Part shown: piece by piece, positions 1-13,664 of the stretch | Layout: each line of letters opens with the position of its first letter | Position numbering within the stretch: position 1 is the stretch's first letter | Origin: Lytechinus pictus | Lineage: Eukaryota | Reading direction: 5' to 3' | NCBI RefSeq assembly: GCF_037042905.1 | Contig: NC_087246.1 | Coordinates: 9,920,001 to 9,984,000 of the forward strand | DNA length: 64,000 nucleotides | Translations under genes and position numbers: made by a program | Notes under the pieces: model-generated | Seen by the model: only the letters and a program-made list of their open reading frames with translations | Told to the model about the DNA's origin: nothing | Database searches by the model: none

Positions 1-217
1 AAGTTCAGATACCATCCATCAAATGCTTTTTTTAATTTTTACTATCCTAAATTCAGATTGTTTTTTAATCAATCATGCATACATAAGTAATAATCTTCTA
101 AGTTATACCAGATAAAAGAGGAGACCCTAAGCTTTAAAATAGTAGGTTGTTTGCCGAATATATTTTTATAATGTCATGATAAATCATCAATAATATTTTT
201 TTTTCTTGGATGCACTG
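1..217. mobile_element. Right end of a Tc1/mariner-type MITE (truncated by window edge)
   Basis: Ends in ...GGATGCACTG followed by TA. The same terminus occurs at 36510. Confidence 0.55.
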
Positions 218-2967
218 TATGATGGGTAGAAGTCATAAACCTCTAATCTACAGTTGTCTTAATTAGAGTCAATAAATGGTATCTATGCATGCTGTTTACA
301 AGGCTTTTAAATGGGGGTATCCTGTTGTGATGAACTTTGGACAGAGTAAGCTCAGACAAATTAGAACACCCAAGGAATTCTTTCATCAAATCCTGATTTA
401 TAGTGTGACATTATACCAGAGAGGGTGACAATGTAAGATGAGTTAACTAGATAGGTGGTAGAATTTCATGGAAGAGAATAATTGAGGTAGGAGAAACTTC
501 ACTGAAATACAATAATAAAAAAAAAATTGAATTAAAAGTAATAATGCGTGGAAAATGGTGAAGTAAAAGATAGAGAAGAAAAATATGAACAATTCTGAAG
601 AGGAATAGACTCGCTAAGAAAGAGAAAGTAATTTCGAGAAAGATACAAAATGAATAATACAAAGTAGATATGCATACAGAGTAGGCTAGAGAAAAAAATA
701 TTTAAAAAAATAATGATAGAAAGAACAGAGAGATGATATACAAATATAGTCTGAATTCCTGGCTCCAAGGATCAAATACACCATAATCATAATTGAAACC
801 ATGCAGACAAGGAACAGTTTGCATTTAGCAAACCAAATCACACTTTAATCACTTCAGCTCTCTGAAGAGGGGTTGCACTGATCCCGCTACCCCTCTTCAA
901 GATAGAGATCTCAAACTCATCAATCGTATCTATCTCACAGCACATGCAGCAGCCGCCAGGAAGGCAAGCAGAGCAGCAAGGCTTGAACTGTTTAATGTCA
1001 ACATCAACATGCTACACTGAAGTTGACACTATTATTTCCAAAGTGTGCAAAGGAGGAGATATAAGTTGGCTTTCCAGTGGACTCGACTTGCTCATCTTCA
1101 GTAGAACAACATTTATGGAACATTATGTTCTTCTTTCACACTTGAAAAACTTGTGGAGTCAAGTGCCTGCATATCACTGATTAATTTTCTTTTAGCTTCA
1201 AATTGAAGAAAAATGGAAAACTGTTTCTAGCCAGGTAGCATACCTGACCTATGGACAACCTGTATTCTTTTGTTAAAATAATTACCATTCGCCATAAAAC
1301 ATTTGCAGCCACAAAGAAGCATTGAGTTGTTCCATTCTATTTGAACTTTCAAAATTGTGAATACAAGTCAACAAGAGAAAAAGGATAGAGTCAATTTATC
1401 ACTTGATTTCTCAATTGCATGACATGTATTCCAACTACAAAGAAATGTTCATCTCGAGCATTGGATGAACTGAATTGAAAGGATCAGTAAATACCATGGA
1501 TTCATTCAGACAGGTAGAGAATATTAAGGATTGATTCAATGACCATTCAGTAGTCAATGGATGAACACCTCTATTGCTTTCTATGTGAACATAATAGGTC
1601 CATGGTGTGAACAATCCCATTGGATGCATGCTAGCATCACTATGGGACCCAGATGCAGGAAAGCATCTAATGAGAAATGATGGATGCATGGGGGAACCAT
1701 TAAGTACTGTTACGTGACATGTTTGTCACTCTGCTATCACTACAGCGATGTGTTAATGAGATAATAGACACATGTGTGATATCATATTTTATTGTCTGTC
1801 AAAATGGGAAACAATATTTTGAGCATGATGATGTTTTCCTGTGGATAATTACATGAAAAGTGAAGAGGATTACCATGATTGTGATAGGTATGTATTTTTA
1901 TTTATATTCATTTCACTTACTTATTCATATGACTAGCTGTATGTCAATGGAAAATGATCTGACACAGTGTCATGTGATATAAAATGAGTTTAAATGGGTC
2001 TTATTAAAAACAATAGGCCTACTGAACTTTTGACTCATGTTGCATGTGATATTGTTCATCAAATTTATTCAGAAACTTTCAAATATAGGTGACTGAAAAA
2101 CACATAATTTACTAAATCTCCCGACGAGATTAATAAAACTAATGTTTAAGTGTTTGGGATGAAATTAAGATTAAGTTGTCTATATTTTGCTTTTTTGAAG
2201 TACTAAATAATGATTTGAGGGCACTTTTTTTTTGTCTGGGCTTCAGTTTTATAAAAAAGGTGACATGTGGGACTTTGCACGCCATATTCTGTAAAGTCAA
2301 ACCAATTTTAGCTTATGTTTCATCTTTAAAACTGGAATCAATGCCTAGTAATGCATTAATTAAAATCAAGTTTCAGTAAAATTCAATATTATTAAGAAAT
2401 GCATTAATATTCAAAGCCATTAAAATAATTCCAAGTTTTGTATTTTGGCTAATTTTACTTTATAATTGAATATTAGCTGTCAATACACTATGTGGCATAA
2501 TTCAAACATAACTATATTTATTGAAATACACTATCAATACTAAAATTTGATTTAGTATCAACAAACCAACAGATTGAATGTCAGAATGTGTTTGATTATT
2601 CAAGGCTTTGCGTATTAGGATTCATACCAAAATCACACAGCTTCACTGTTCTCATTCTTTCCTATTCAAATGCTATTTAATAAGGGTGCACTTCCGCTTT
2701 AATGGAAGGATATCTCACTAAATTTCAGTGACAAATCAAACCATAGTTTTGATCCTAAATAGTTGAATCTACATGTTTCTTCCTGTTCATGAACATAAAA
2801 TAGTAAAAGAGTACCATTTCATTTATTAAACTAGGTGATGATAGCTTAAAAAAATAGAAGGAAATATAATGTAACATGAGGGTAGTGAAACCTTTGGTAT
2901 TATATCCAGCATTTCAATTACAAGCAATGTGTAAGATTATACTTTCCTATCAAAAAACAGAAATTAA

Positions 2968-3565
2968 AGGACAAGTCCACCCCAACAAAAAGTTGATTTG
3001 AATGAAAAAAGAGAAAAATCCAAAAAGCATAACGCTGAAAATTTCATCAAAATCGGAGGTAAAATGAGAAAGTTATGACATTTTAAAGTTTCACTTAATT
3101 TTTCAAAACAGTTATATGCACATACTAGTCGGTATGCAAATGAGGAAACTGATGACGTCATCCAGTCACTATTTCTTTTGTATTTTATTATATGAAATAT
3201 TCTAATTTTCCACTCATTGTCCTGTGAAACAACAATTAATTCCTCCCTGAACATGTGGAATTAGCATTGTTTAATACTATATGGTTCAGTCAAGTTGGTC
3301 CCTATTGTCAAATCTGTAAAAAATGAAATATTGTATAATTCAAACAATAAAAAACAAAAGAAATAGTGAGTGATGGATATCATCGACCGACTCATCTGCA
3401 TGTCACTGAGTTGTGCATATAACTATTTTGTGAAAAATAAGCGAAACTCTGAAATGTCATCACTTTCTTATTCTGCATCTTATTTTGATGTAATTTTCAG
3501 CGTTCTGCTAGTTTGATTTTTCTCTATTTATTCAAATCAACATTTTTCTGGAGTGGACTTGACCA
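2968..3565. mobile_element. Non-autonomous TTAA DNA transposon (Kolobok-like MITE)
   Basis: TIR AGGACAAGTCCAC / GTGGACTTGACCA with extended imperfect inverted repeat. TTAA on both sides (2964-2967, 3566-3569). Confidence 0.85.
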
Positions 3566-3839
3566 TTAATAGTTCTGCATGAAAATTTGAATCAGTATAC
3601 ACATGTAAGTTCTTATTTTCATAGAAGGAAGCTAGAAAAGTAACTGAACTTTGAAAAAAAAGAAGACACAGAATATCTTTCAATGACCTGATAAAAAGCA
3701 ATTGATAGCTGGTGGATATTTTATGGCCTTTTAAGAAGAAGGCATTCCAAAGGGCTCAGTCACTGAGTTTTGTTATTTGCACAAGGACATAAATGCTAGA
3801 AGTGAGATCAGTGCATCCATGGTCAGATGTGATATATAA

Positions 3840-4239
3840 TACCCCTTTCATAAACCCAATAAAACCCAATTATGCGGCTAATAGCAGCATAATTTGGTCG
3901 TAAAATCAGAGGAGGACAAGAGTTATCCGCATTATTCTGATGCTGCTATTATCCGCATAATAGCGGCATTGGGACAAGATTTTGAGTTTATGAACGTATT
4001 TCCAAATAATGCGGATAATTGCCATGGTGCGGTCACAAGGTCACCCTTTTCCAACACAGCCACATCGGAGGGGGCGTGTCCAGTTGTCATGACGATTATT
4101 CGCCTTTTTCAGGACGGGCGCTCGTAAAAATAATGCGGATAATTTTCGGAGTTTGTGAACGCAATTTTTATTGAATTATCCGCATTACTCTTAGGCGGCT
4201 AATAGGAGGATAGGTTTTGTTGGGTTTATGAAAGGGGTA
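3840..4239. mobile_element. PIF/Harbinger-like MITE
   Basis: 20-bp perfect TIR TACCCCTTTCATAAACCCAA. TAA target duplication on both sides. Internal repeats of TTATCCGCAT/ATGCGGATAA. Confidence 0.88.
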
Positions 4240-5049
4240 TAAGACATCTTCGCACTTTTTGGTGCAAAGTTTGAACAAATCATCATTCTCAGATTCAATA
4301 CTTTTTGAAAATTTGTGATTTTGAAAAGAAATGAATCATGCATTTATGGATGAAGACATCAATTTACAGATAATGACCTATTAGAATGAGGACATATGTG
4401 GAACACTGCTATCTTATTCTAAAAATGATGTGCAGATCAACAAATCTTGCATAGCTTTAATAAAAAAATAAGGAATTATGCCTTGATTTGTGAGAGGATG
4501 TTTGACGTCACTTGGAATACAGAACCTGTCTCTTTTATGAACACAATGAATGATGATTTAACCGGTGCTTAATATCAATGGAGTATGTAAGATGGTGATT
4601 CAGACAAAACCTTTTTGAGGTTGGTTGTTTATCACCTCACGCAACAAGTATAAATTCTTGCTCGATGAATTAAAGTACTGTTTTATGACAATTACTTATT
4701 CACTATTGCACAGGCGACTAACTCAAGCCTTTCAGTGGAGGATATTCAGTTTGAAAACTTCAACAGAGGGTGAAAGCGCGGAGACAGAGGTATTTTCTTA
4801 GCTGGTGGAATTAATCTTCAAAAGTCAAGAATACATGCAGCAAGATCTTTCTAAACAACACCATTTGGATATTATCACCCTGCAGACACAAAATGCAAGT
4901 ATGATGTCAAATGATTTAATTTCTAAACACCTTCTTTTTAAGCAATGAAGAATATTGAAATGATGTGATGCATTTAATCTTTTAATGAAGTTAGATTCGT
5001 GAACCTCATTTTACATAATCTGCATTGAAATGATTCTTTATAAAAGCAG

Positions 5050-5392
5050 TAGATAATTTTGACTGTTTTGACTGATCGCGCACATCCCCGTCAGTCAAAA
5101 GTCGTATCCCTTTTTCCCTATGGCGTTTTTGTAAAGGAAAAATCTAAGCCACTCAAACCAAAATTATAAGCATGTAGCTCTTTTGCGATATTTTCTCGAA
5201 TCCTTAGTTTTGTGTAAAAATAAAGATACCAATGTCAAGCAATTTTCGTGGTCTTTCCAACCATGTATTTTTCTAGCAATGAATATGTTGTACGGCTGAA
5301 AATTATAGTAAACTTTGAAGTCGACTTTCTCTGAAATGGGTTTGCACCGTAGTATGTGCGATACACGGTTTGGATGACCGCCAACGAAATAT
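5050..5392 (+). repeat. Dispersed repeat (DNA transposon fragment), copy 1
   Basis: Shares long blocks (ccactcaaa..aagcatgtagctctt; aaaattatagtaaactttgaagt..ttctctgaaatgggttttgca) with 31970-32572. Boundaries approximate. Confidence 0.7.
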
Positions 5393-5717
5393 GCTAATGA
5401 CATGTCATTACCATTTATATGTATAGAGTGTCTCATTTATCTACTTTTGATGAAGAAATTAATGCTTCAAGGTTTCATCCAAATATAACATTTTAACCAT
5501 CACAAGCCATTTCAATGGTACACAGTATTGAGGCATACAGAGGACTCTTTGCTGTTACATACAAAGAAATATTAATGCACGAATAACATATGTTATCCCC
5601 AAAATACATGCCATTTCTTTGATATGAACACTTGTGTCATGAATCCATTTGAAATTACACTGTATCTATTTTTCCTTCTCTGTCTTAGCCTACCCATCTG
5701 TGGAAGGAAACTTCATT

Positions 5718-6863
5718 ATGCACGAGGTAACGAGCATGACGAACATCACTCCAAGAATGTCAACAGTAGGAGGAGACAGTCTGGTAACCAATACTCCAAC
5801 TCATCCATCAGCTTATCCTAACCAAACACACACTATCATCATAGCAACTCTCTTCATCCTTGTTGGCACCATTGGTATGATTGGCAACTGCCTGGTTCTC
5901 ATTGCTGTGCTGCTCTCAAAGAAGCTACAAACGGCCACCAACGCTTTTGTTGTTAACCTCAGCATCTCTGACTTTCTAACCTGCTTTGTACTGCCGTTTC
6001 ATGCTTCAGGGCTTTTCAGTGACAGTGGATGGCTACTCTCCGATGGGATGTGTAACTTTGTTGCCGTACTGACCATCACCACACCAACGGTCAGTGTATT
6101 AACACTTGGAATGATTGCAGTGAATCGTTATACCTTGATAACAAAAACAAAGAAAACGTACCAACAGATCTACCGACTGCCTGTCATAGCAGCTCTTGTC
6201 TCAACCACATGGTTACTTCCAATATTAACGATAGTTATTCCTCAGTTGACAAACCTTGGAAACTTGGGATTTGACTACTTTTATAAAATCTGTAAATGGG
6301 ATGTAGATCTATCCAAGATACCTATCTTTCAGACAATATCGTCGGTCACATTCCTGGCATCGACAGGAGTTATCATTTTCTGTTACATGTCAATATATCT
6401 CTACGTTCGCAAGCACATCACTGAAATGAAAGCGAAACGAAAGAGCCAGGTGATATCACTGCAGAGTATAAGCATAGAAGAAAACAATGCAGCACCACAA
6501 AATAGACGGCAAAGATCTCCAACTAAAAGCAATATCAACGGGACACCTTCTCTGAGACAGGTCAAAATCACCAAGAACTTATGTTATGTTGTGATCATAT
6601 TCTTTGTTTGTGTGGTCCCGTACTCTGTGCTGCTCCTCTTTCGTGTTCGCCACCTAGCAGTAGCATATTTTGCTGTAGTATTTACTCTGTCAAGTAACAT
6701 CAATCCGATTCTGTACTCTGCCAAGCATCCTGATTTCAGGTCGGTCTTCGTCGCAATGCTGCATTGCAAATACCTTGATGTTGTTAGCCCATCTGGGTGT
6801 CTCAGAACGCTAATTGAAAGGACAGAGGCAACACCAAACAATAAAAGCTCGTCAGAATCATAG
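5718..6863 (+). CDS. Class A (rhodopsin-like) GPCR, NRY type (Tre1/Moody/GPR84/melatonin-receptor-like orphan); GPCR-A
   Basis: ORF 5649..6863 has 7 hydrophobic segments and the motifs GN (TM1), NLSISD (TM2), TM3 Cys, AVNRY, TM4 W, ECL2 ICKW, FFVCVVPY (TM6), NPILY (TM7) and KHPDF helix 8. Start set at ATG 5718 because a polypyrimidine tract plus AG (5687-5688) precedes it. N-glycosylation sequons NIT and NQT occur in the N-terminus. Confidence 0.92.
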   Translation: MHEVTSMTNITPRMSTVGGDSLVTNTPTHPSAYPNQTHTIIIATLFILVGTIGMIGNCLVLIAVLLSKKLQTATNAFVVNLSISDFLTCFVLPFHASGLFSDSGWLLSDGMCNFVAVLTITTPTVSVLTLGMIAVNRYTLITKTKKTYQQIYRLPVIAALVSTTWLLPILTIVIPQLTNLGNLGFDYFYKICKWDVDLSKIPIFQTISSVTFLASTGVIIFCYMSIYLYVRKHITEMKAKRKSQVISLQSISIEENNAAPQNRRQRSPTKSNINGTPSLRQVKITKNLCYVVIIFFVCVVPYSVLLLFRVRHLAVAYFAVVFTLSSNINPILYSAKHPDFRSVFVAMLHCKYLDVVSPSGCLRTLIERTEATPNNKSSSES

Positions 6864-7049
6864 TCAGCACAGATTATAGGATCTTTACCCCATCTGAATA
6901 ATAATTATTCAAAGATCTAGAATGGTTCTCCTATCCACAAAGAGTAATGTATTTTGGATGTACTGTATGTTTATATTTAACAGTGAAAATAACTCATCTT
7001 CTGATTTTTATAACAACTTTGAATTGTATCCAAAATACATAATGTAAAT

Positions 7050-7410
7050 ACAAGATTTGCCACCAGCCTACAACTTGTCCCAAAATGCAATACCGATTAT
7101 TATAAATGCTCATTCATTATCTCCTCAATATAAATGTTTAATTCCTTACCCCTTCTTTAAAAAAAAAACCTAACCCCTCTCTAGTTTCAAATAAGAGCTC
7201 AAATCATACACTATATTTGCCTAATGTTAAATTGTCAGTTGTACTTGTGTTTAAACTTCTTTCATGACTTAAGTATTTGTATGCTTTTGTATTTAAAATG
7301 TATATGTATTCATTTTGGTATATCTTATCATGTGTATATACTTGTTTTGTTTTTATGCATAGGGCCCCTATTGATACCAGCACATTGCTTAAAGGGAACC
7401 CTAATAAAAT
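7050..7410 (+). mobile_element. Decayed LINE (L2/CR1-like) 3' end
   Basis: T-rich 3' UTR-like tract followed by a gggccc...gggaaccc stem and AATAAA (7403-7408), resembling L2-type tails. Highly degenerate. Confidence 0.35.
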
Positions 7411-9262
7411 ATTGTTAAAATAATGCTACTTGTCAAACCACTATGAAATAACCACCACTTTGGAAAGATATATCCCAATGAAATATTCATTATTAAGAAC
7501 AACCTCGGTAAAATTGCACTTTTCATTAACATTAAAGGATATGAAAACAATGTACATTTCTAGAGATGTTGGTGAGAGTAACACACTGTTTTGTACAGTA
7601 CGTTTTCTTCTCGAGGGGAAGGGAGGATAGATCTTGCATCTACCTCAATACAACACCATGTATAAAAAATGCATAAAAATAAAAATATGGAGAAGAATAT
7701 CAAGTGTTTCAGTTAAGTGATTTCCTAAACTCTGAATACAAAATGACTATTTGACTTATTACAGAGAACCTTCCTGTCAAGCTATTGTTGAGTTTGAGGT
7801 AGATTTTCACATACTTAATGGAAATGATTAATCGAATATCCGTTTTCTTATTGTTCTTTTTTATCAATCACTGTCATCAGGTGGACGAATATATAATTAT
7901 ACACAAATACAATGAACGATATATATATATATGTATGATTCTTAGCTAGAGAATTTAATTTTCTTTGAAAATAATATGTCATTCTATCATGAATGATATT
8001 TACAATTTTAGAAGGATGGGGGGTGGTGGTAGGGGGTTATAAGTTGGATACATATTTGCCCATTATAACTATCTGTCATCAACCACCTAAATGGTGATAC
8101 ACATAATGAATGTATAAAATGAGAATATTCATATGTAATAACTCTGGATTAAAACATGCATGTTCCCATATGATATACATGTACTACAGTGTTATTAGGC
8201 CATACGAGTATGGGCAATCAAATATTTACCCACAAATCATGAACCATTCAAATTCAAGAGGGAGTGCAAACACTGAGGAATCAATGCATAAACAAAAGAT
8301 GAAATATTCGATTGTGAGATAAGAGGGATACAATGATGTCTCACACTTTTTAGAGCATATCACAATTAAATATTGCACATCTATTTTCTATGTGTCATAT
8401 TTTCTTCACGAGGTCAAAGTCAAATTTAATGATATCTGCATAGTTTTTACTGAAATCAAGACTTAACTTTGATAAGAATATCCTCTTATCAGGTACTGTC
8501 TTTAGTCTTGTCTGAAGTTGAATTATGTATACCATAAATTGAAATAAAATGGCTTTCTCAGAATACAAAGATTATGAAGCAATTATTCATTTACGGTATT
8601 CAAGAGTGGAAACAAAGGTGATAGAAGAGGGGTATGAAAAAGAAGTGAAAGTAAACTGAGATGAGGAGATGGAGAGGGAGAGAGATAAAGTTGTTATGGA
8701 TGGGTGGGGCAGAGAGGGGTTAGGAAACTTCTAAATTGATAGACATAAATCATTAAATAAAGATAAAAAGAAATCCAAAGAAAATGACTTTCATATGACT
8801 ATGAAAGGAGGAAGGGGAGCAAAATACAAGATAAAGGATGAAAGCCATTTTGTCTAACCATACTTTGGCTAATGTCAATTTGGTGTAATCCCCTTTTCCT
8901 ACTAATATTACAAGAATATCACCAAATAGGTTAACCCAAGTGGTGTTTTCAATATCTCTGATTAGACCAACTGGTATTAGACCAAATGGTTAAACAAACC
9001 TCATGTAAAATGATCCACAGACCTATCAAACAGAAGCCAAGCATCATCATAATTCACTGAAGCATTGCCACCATGAATCAACGCACTATTGAAACAAGAT
9101 GTCATTTATTGGTGTATCAGATTGAAATGTTTGTGTGGTCATGATCAAATATTAGTATCATAAAACTTCTGTCAGATGTTAAGCTGTCATCTCCAGACCA
9201 TTAGAGTATTGCTTCCCTATGCAATCACCATCTGCCTTCATGCACTTGGCTGCACACCAGTG

Positions 9263-9463
9263 CCGGCCGCACAGAAACATTGTTAGCCTACCAGAGCGCT
9301 AACAGTAAGCCCAGTCACATCTTTCGGATTGTGAAGTCAAAATATTTATTTCAATGTGCAAGTAATGTATTGTTGTAACATTTACCATCCCTGCCACAAA
9401 ACCTGTTGAAACAGGGCTTCTGTTAGCGCATTGTTAGCGCTAACAACGTTTCTGTGCAGTCAG
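9263..9463. mobile_element. Small MITE
   Basis: About 25-bp imperfect TIR gcacagaaacattgttagc / gctaacaacgtttctgtgc. Confidence 0.7.
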
Positions 9464-10409
9464 TACAGGAATAGTACAGACCCTAGAGAAATTAACACTG
9501 GTAAAACAAATTATTGACACAAAATTTCAACTGCAAACAAGCAGGGATATACAGAAGTATGGTTTTGGGGGAAACACTTTCAGGAAAAAATATTGAAAGG
9601 TAGTCAGTTTGGTAAAACTTCATTAAAACAGTAATCCAGGGGTAGTGATGCAAAACTGTGACTTAAATATATTGGATGGCATGTTAAGTTTGGGAATAAG
9701 TAAAATAGGCAGACAAATGTATTGTTTCAAATAGAGAAATTATATATCATAACAAATCAAGTGAGGTATCTCAAACTCACTATCCTGTCTAAATTGTAAT
9801 CAAAATAATCTCAAAAACATTCAAGATATGATTGGTCATATCTATGTAAAGAAACAGAAATGGTATACCATTCAATTGACTCCAACAATAATATAATGCA
9901 AAAAAATCATAGATTTGATTTCTTGGAATTTCAGCACTCAGCTTTATCAGTGAATGGAAGTATAGTAAACAAAGTGTTCCTCAACATTTGAAAGGAAACA
10001 CCACTGATGATGGAATAGTGCTATTTTCATCTACACACACAGAGGCAAACCAAAAGTGCAATTACCATGATTTGAGATCAATATTTGATGGGAAATTGGA
10101 TGAGGGGCTATGAGTGACTGTATTGATTTTACAATACAACATGCTCTCAGATTTCTCCTTATGGAGTAGCAAACTTGGTCAAGGGGTATTGCTCAAGTTA
10201 TTCAACAAAGTTAAGAGGAATTCCCATTGTTCACCACAAAGTGCTCAATGCGCTTACAAAAATATGGAAAGATTCAAGTTGAGGAGTGTAAAAAGATCTT
10301 TCCCAGTATCCACTTTGAGCTTTTGACTCATATTTAAAAAAAAAACCACATTCATTGCATTTCCCTGTAAAGCAAAAGATAGGAGGTAAAGAATCCACAA
10401 TTCATAGTA

Positions 10410-10637
10410 CACTCTAAATTCCAAGGATTTAAAATAAATCCAGATCTGCTGTGAATAGTGACCAGCCGAATTTCAAATCTTAAGGATTAACTTTTACATC
10501 TCAAAAGATTTAAAGTAAAATCTTTTAGAATTATATTCAAATCAACAAGGTTTAAATCTAAATCTAATATTTGGCTGGTCACTAGTCACTATTCACAGTC
10601 GATCTGGATTTATTTTATATCCTTGGAATTTAGAGTG
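10410..10637. mobile_element. CACT-terminal foldback MITE (EnSpm/CACTA-like, TA TSD)
   Basis: TIR CACTCTAAATTCCAAGGAT...AAATCCAGATC nearly perfect over more than 35 bp. TA at both flanks. Confidence 0.85.
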
Positions 10638-12384
10638 TAATTTTGGTGACATTAAAAAGTTAAATGAATTAATAGTCACTGATATTAATAGACTTAAAAC
10701 ATAAAATTATCACTTTGTATATAAGTACTTTAGATCCGATTTAACTAAGATCTGAAAAAGTCCTTGCAAATTGGAGCAGGGGGTTGAAATTGATAATGTG
10801 GGGACACACCTTCATCCAATTTGTTTACCAAGTTTTTATTTTATTCCCTGCACCAAAAAAAAAATAATTATCTTAAATCTAAAATACACACTAGAATGCT
10901 GCAAATGCAAAGGATCTTGTTCTTACATCCATTCCTAACATTTCAGGATCCCTGAAATCCAAGTTCATTAATTGACCTATACTTCTATTTTCGAGCCCAA
11001 TGTCAAGAGCATTACCACTGAGGATCTGGCTAAACAACACTTTGTGATTGATTGCAGGATAGACTTTACAATTACATTGCACTCTATGCACAATCAACGG
11101 TACTAATCAACTATCCAATCAAAGCTAGGCATTGTTTTATGAGACCCAGAACACCTTCTGACAATATTTAAGCTTAGAAAGTAAAAAAGAGGGTCATTTT
11201 GCCTCCGACGAAGATTCTGCTAGGATCGAAAGCTTAGGCCCCTTTTTGACTTTTTAATTTACTCCATTGGCTCTCTTTTATTAGATAAGCAGTTTTCAGC
11301 AGCTTCTTTTTGCCAATATTTAAGCTTGTCTAATATTACTAAGAATTGTGACTGATCTGATCAATCCTGACTATGAAAAACTGATGAAAACATCATGAAA
11401 GCATGCGATATGTCATTTCAAAGTGTTTTCTAAATAAGTATTGTTATGCATGCATCATTGCTCTGACATATCAGTGTGTTTCTCTTTTAACAGGATGTTG
11501 TGTAAATTCATTTACACTATGAAGAATATGGCATTGATGGATTTAAATAAATATGATCAATCAGATCAATTGCAACCCTCTGTAAGACAGGATCCTAGAG
11601 TCTCTCAATCATCAGCTGGTCATCATTTGGAGTCAACAAGAAAATTGGATTCGGATGACCATGGTGCCATCAGGAGTATACAATACAAAAGGTCAGCTTA
11701 TAATGGACAACCGAAATTCGAGGTAGGAAGGGTTAATAATTGCCCTAATGGTAGATGATTACGTTTCTATTAATACTTGGAGCAGCAATGATTGATCAAT
11801 GATTGCATGGATTAGTGCAATTAGCAATTTGTTTGATTAATTTACATCGGGGGATGCATGTACGGCAGGGTTACAGTGAATTGTGAGCGATGAACGACTG
11901 GTAGCTCGAATGATAGTAAAATCAGGTGAAGGTGAAAAAATGGCTTTGGAAATAAGTAAAAGTTATGCTACCAGGCTAATAGCTATATTAAGAATACATA
12001 CCAGTCTACAATCTACATACCCTAGTTGAAATTATCATTTACAGGCATCTAAATATTTTGTTTTCAGACATGACTGTGTTCTGGTCAAATGTGACTAAAG
12101 AAAAATGCTAGTTGCACCCAGCAGACATTTTCATCAGGTGATTTATAACTAGTTTGTTTAAATGTTGATGGCAGACAGGAAAAGAGTGAAACTAATGCTA
12201 TGATCCAGAGATAGAGAAAGAAAATATAAAAAAAAAACAGAAACAAAAAACAAGGGAGAAAGACGGATGATCAAAAAAGAATATTTAAAAACTGTGAAAT
12301 ATTATATGACCTATGAGGGGGTAGTTCCAAAGATATATCAGTTATCATTTAGTCCGATTACATAGTTCAATGAGAAATGTTTTT

Positions 12385-12530
12385 TTAAAGGGGGGGGGGG
12401 GATAAGGATGACTGAGTGAGAGAGTGAGTGGGGGAGTGGTGAGTGAGAGGGAGAGAGGGGGGGAGAGAGGAGGGGATAGAAAGAGAGGGGATAGAAAGAG
12501 AGGGGATAGAAAGAGAGGGGTACGGGAGAC
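12385..12530. repeat. G/GA-rich simple repeat including a 15-bp unit (gggatagaaagagag) x3
   Basis: Visible directly; explains the overlapping low-complexity ORFs. Confidence 0.85.
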
Positions 12531-13664
12531 AGAATGCGTAGTTTTCTGTAATGAAACAAATATGAGACAAGATAGGTGGATGGCTAAAATAATAATAGTA
12601 ATAGAAAGAAAACTGTGAAATATAAGACCAATGAGGGGGTGCTTCAAAAGACAAATCTGTCATTATTTAGTTACCGGCATGCATTTGAATGAACTTTTTT
12701 TCCATTCGTAGATTACGTGTATACAATTACAGCCTCAGCTAAGAAGTTTTAGTCAGTATATTCAGTGATTCTGTATGCAGATCTAGTCATTCTTTTCAAT
12801 TTATCTTTCATGATAATGCTGGTATATATCATAATATTTCCCTACAATATGTTAATATCATTTTACTGTCTCTTTTCGCTTTATATTCTAATTTGATAGT
12901 AAAAGGAAATCATGGATTCCTCATGAAAAATATCCCAAATAATTAAGCATGTATTTGATGAATGTTCATAAGGCAATGTCTGGAGTTCCAAAAACTTACA
13001 ATCAATAGGCCTAGTTTTTGAGCATATACTCAGCATTACATAAATGTAATTCGTCCATGTACTTTTCACTAACTTACAAGGAAACAAACCAACAATCAAT
13101 CTCCTGCCTAGTTGCTCCATCCTACAACACGACAGATATGATGGTAATATCACTTTACAGTAATCCTTTTGTGTAATCTAAGACTCCCAATTTAATGCAT
13201 GTTATGACAGCAAATGAGAGACATGGGCCCTGAGAATATGACACAAATATTTCACTGAATTAACTAATTGACTGCTGAAACCTGTACTACTCATAGGCAG
13301 TGAACAGGGACCACATGGGTCCAGTGGACAACAGGTTAAATGTTCTTTCTTTATTAATTTGTGATGATTCTAATTGATTGCCACAAAGACTTTATTAATC
13401 CCTATCCATTGAAATATGCAAAATGAGCAAATAATAACTTTACTTTTTGTTGTATCATTATACTTCTGAAATAATGCCTTCATGAATAAAAATATTTGAG
13501 TTGACAACTGGATAAAAGATGAAGCAAGCAAGATCGGGGATGGGGTGAAAGAGACAGTAGCACCAGCAACCAATAATAACCTAAGATAATTATGAGTTCA
13601 ATTTCTGTTCCATTAATAAACATAAAAACTGAAGGTTTTCAAATTGAGATAATCTTTCAATATA

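Noticed and set aside
5649-5717. TTG-initiated N-terminal extension of GPCR-A
   Set aside because: It overlaps a polypyrimidine tract and splice acceptor; ATG 5718 is the plausible eukaryotic start.
11441-11758. 105-aa ORF with possible acceptor (11493) and donor (11723)
   Set aside because: No recognisable domain or partner exons. It could be a non-coding exon but cannot be supported.
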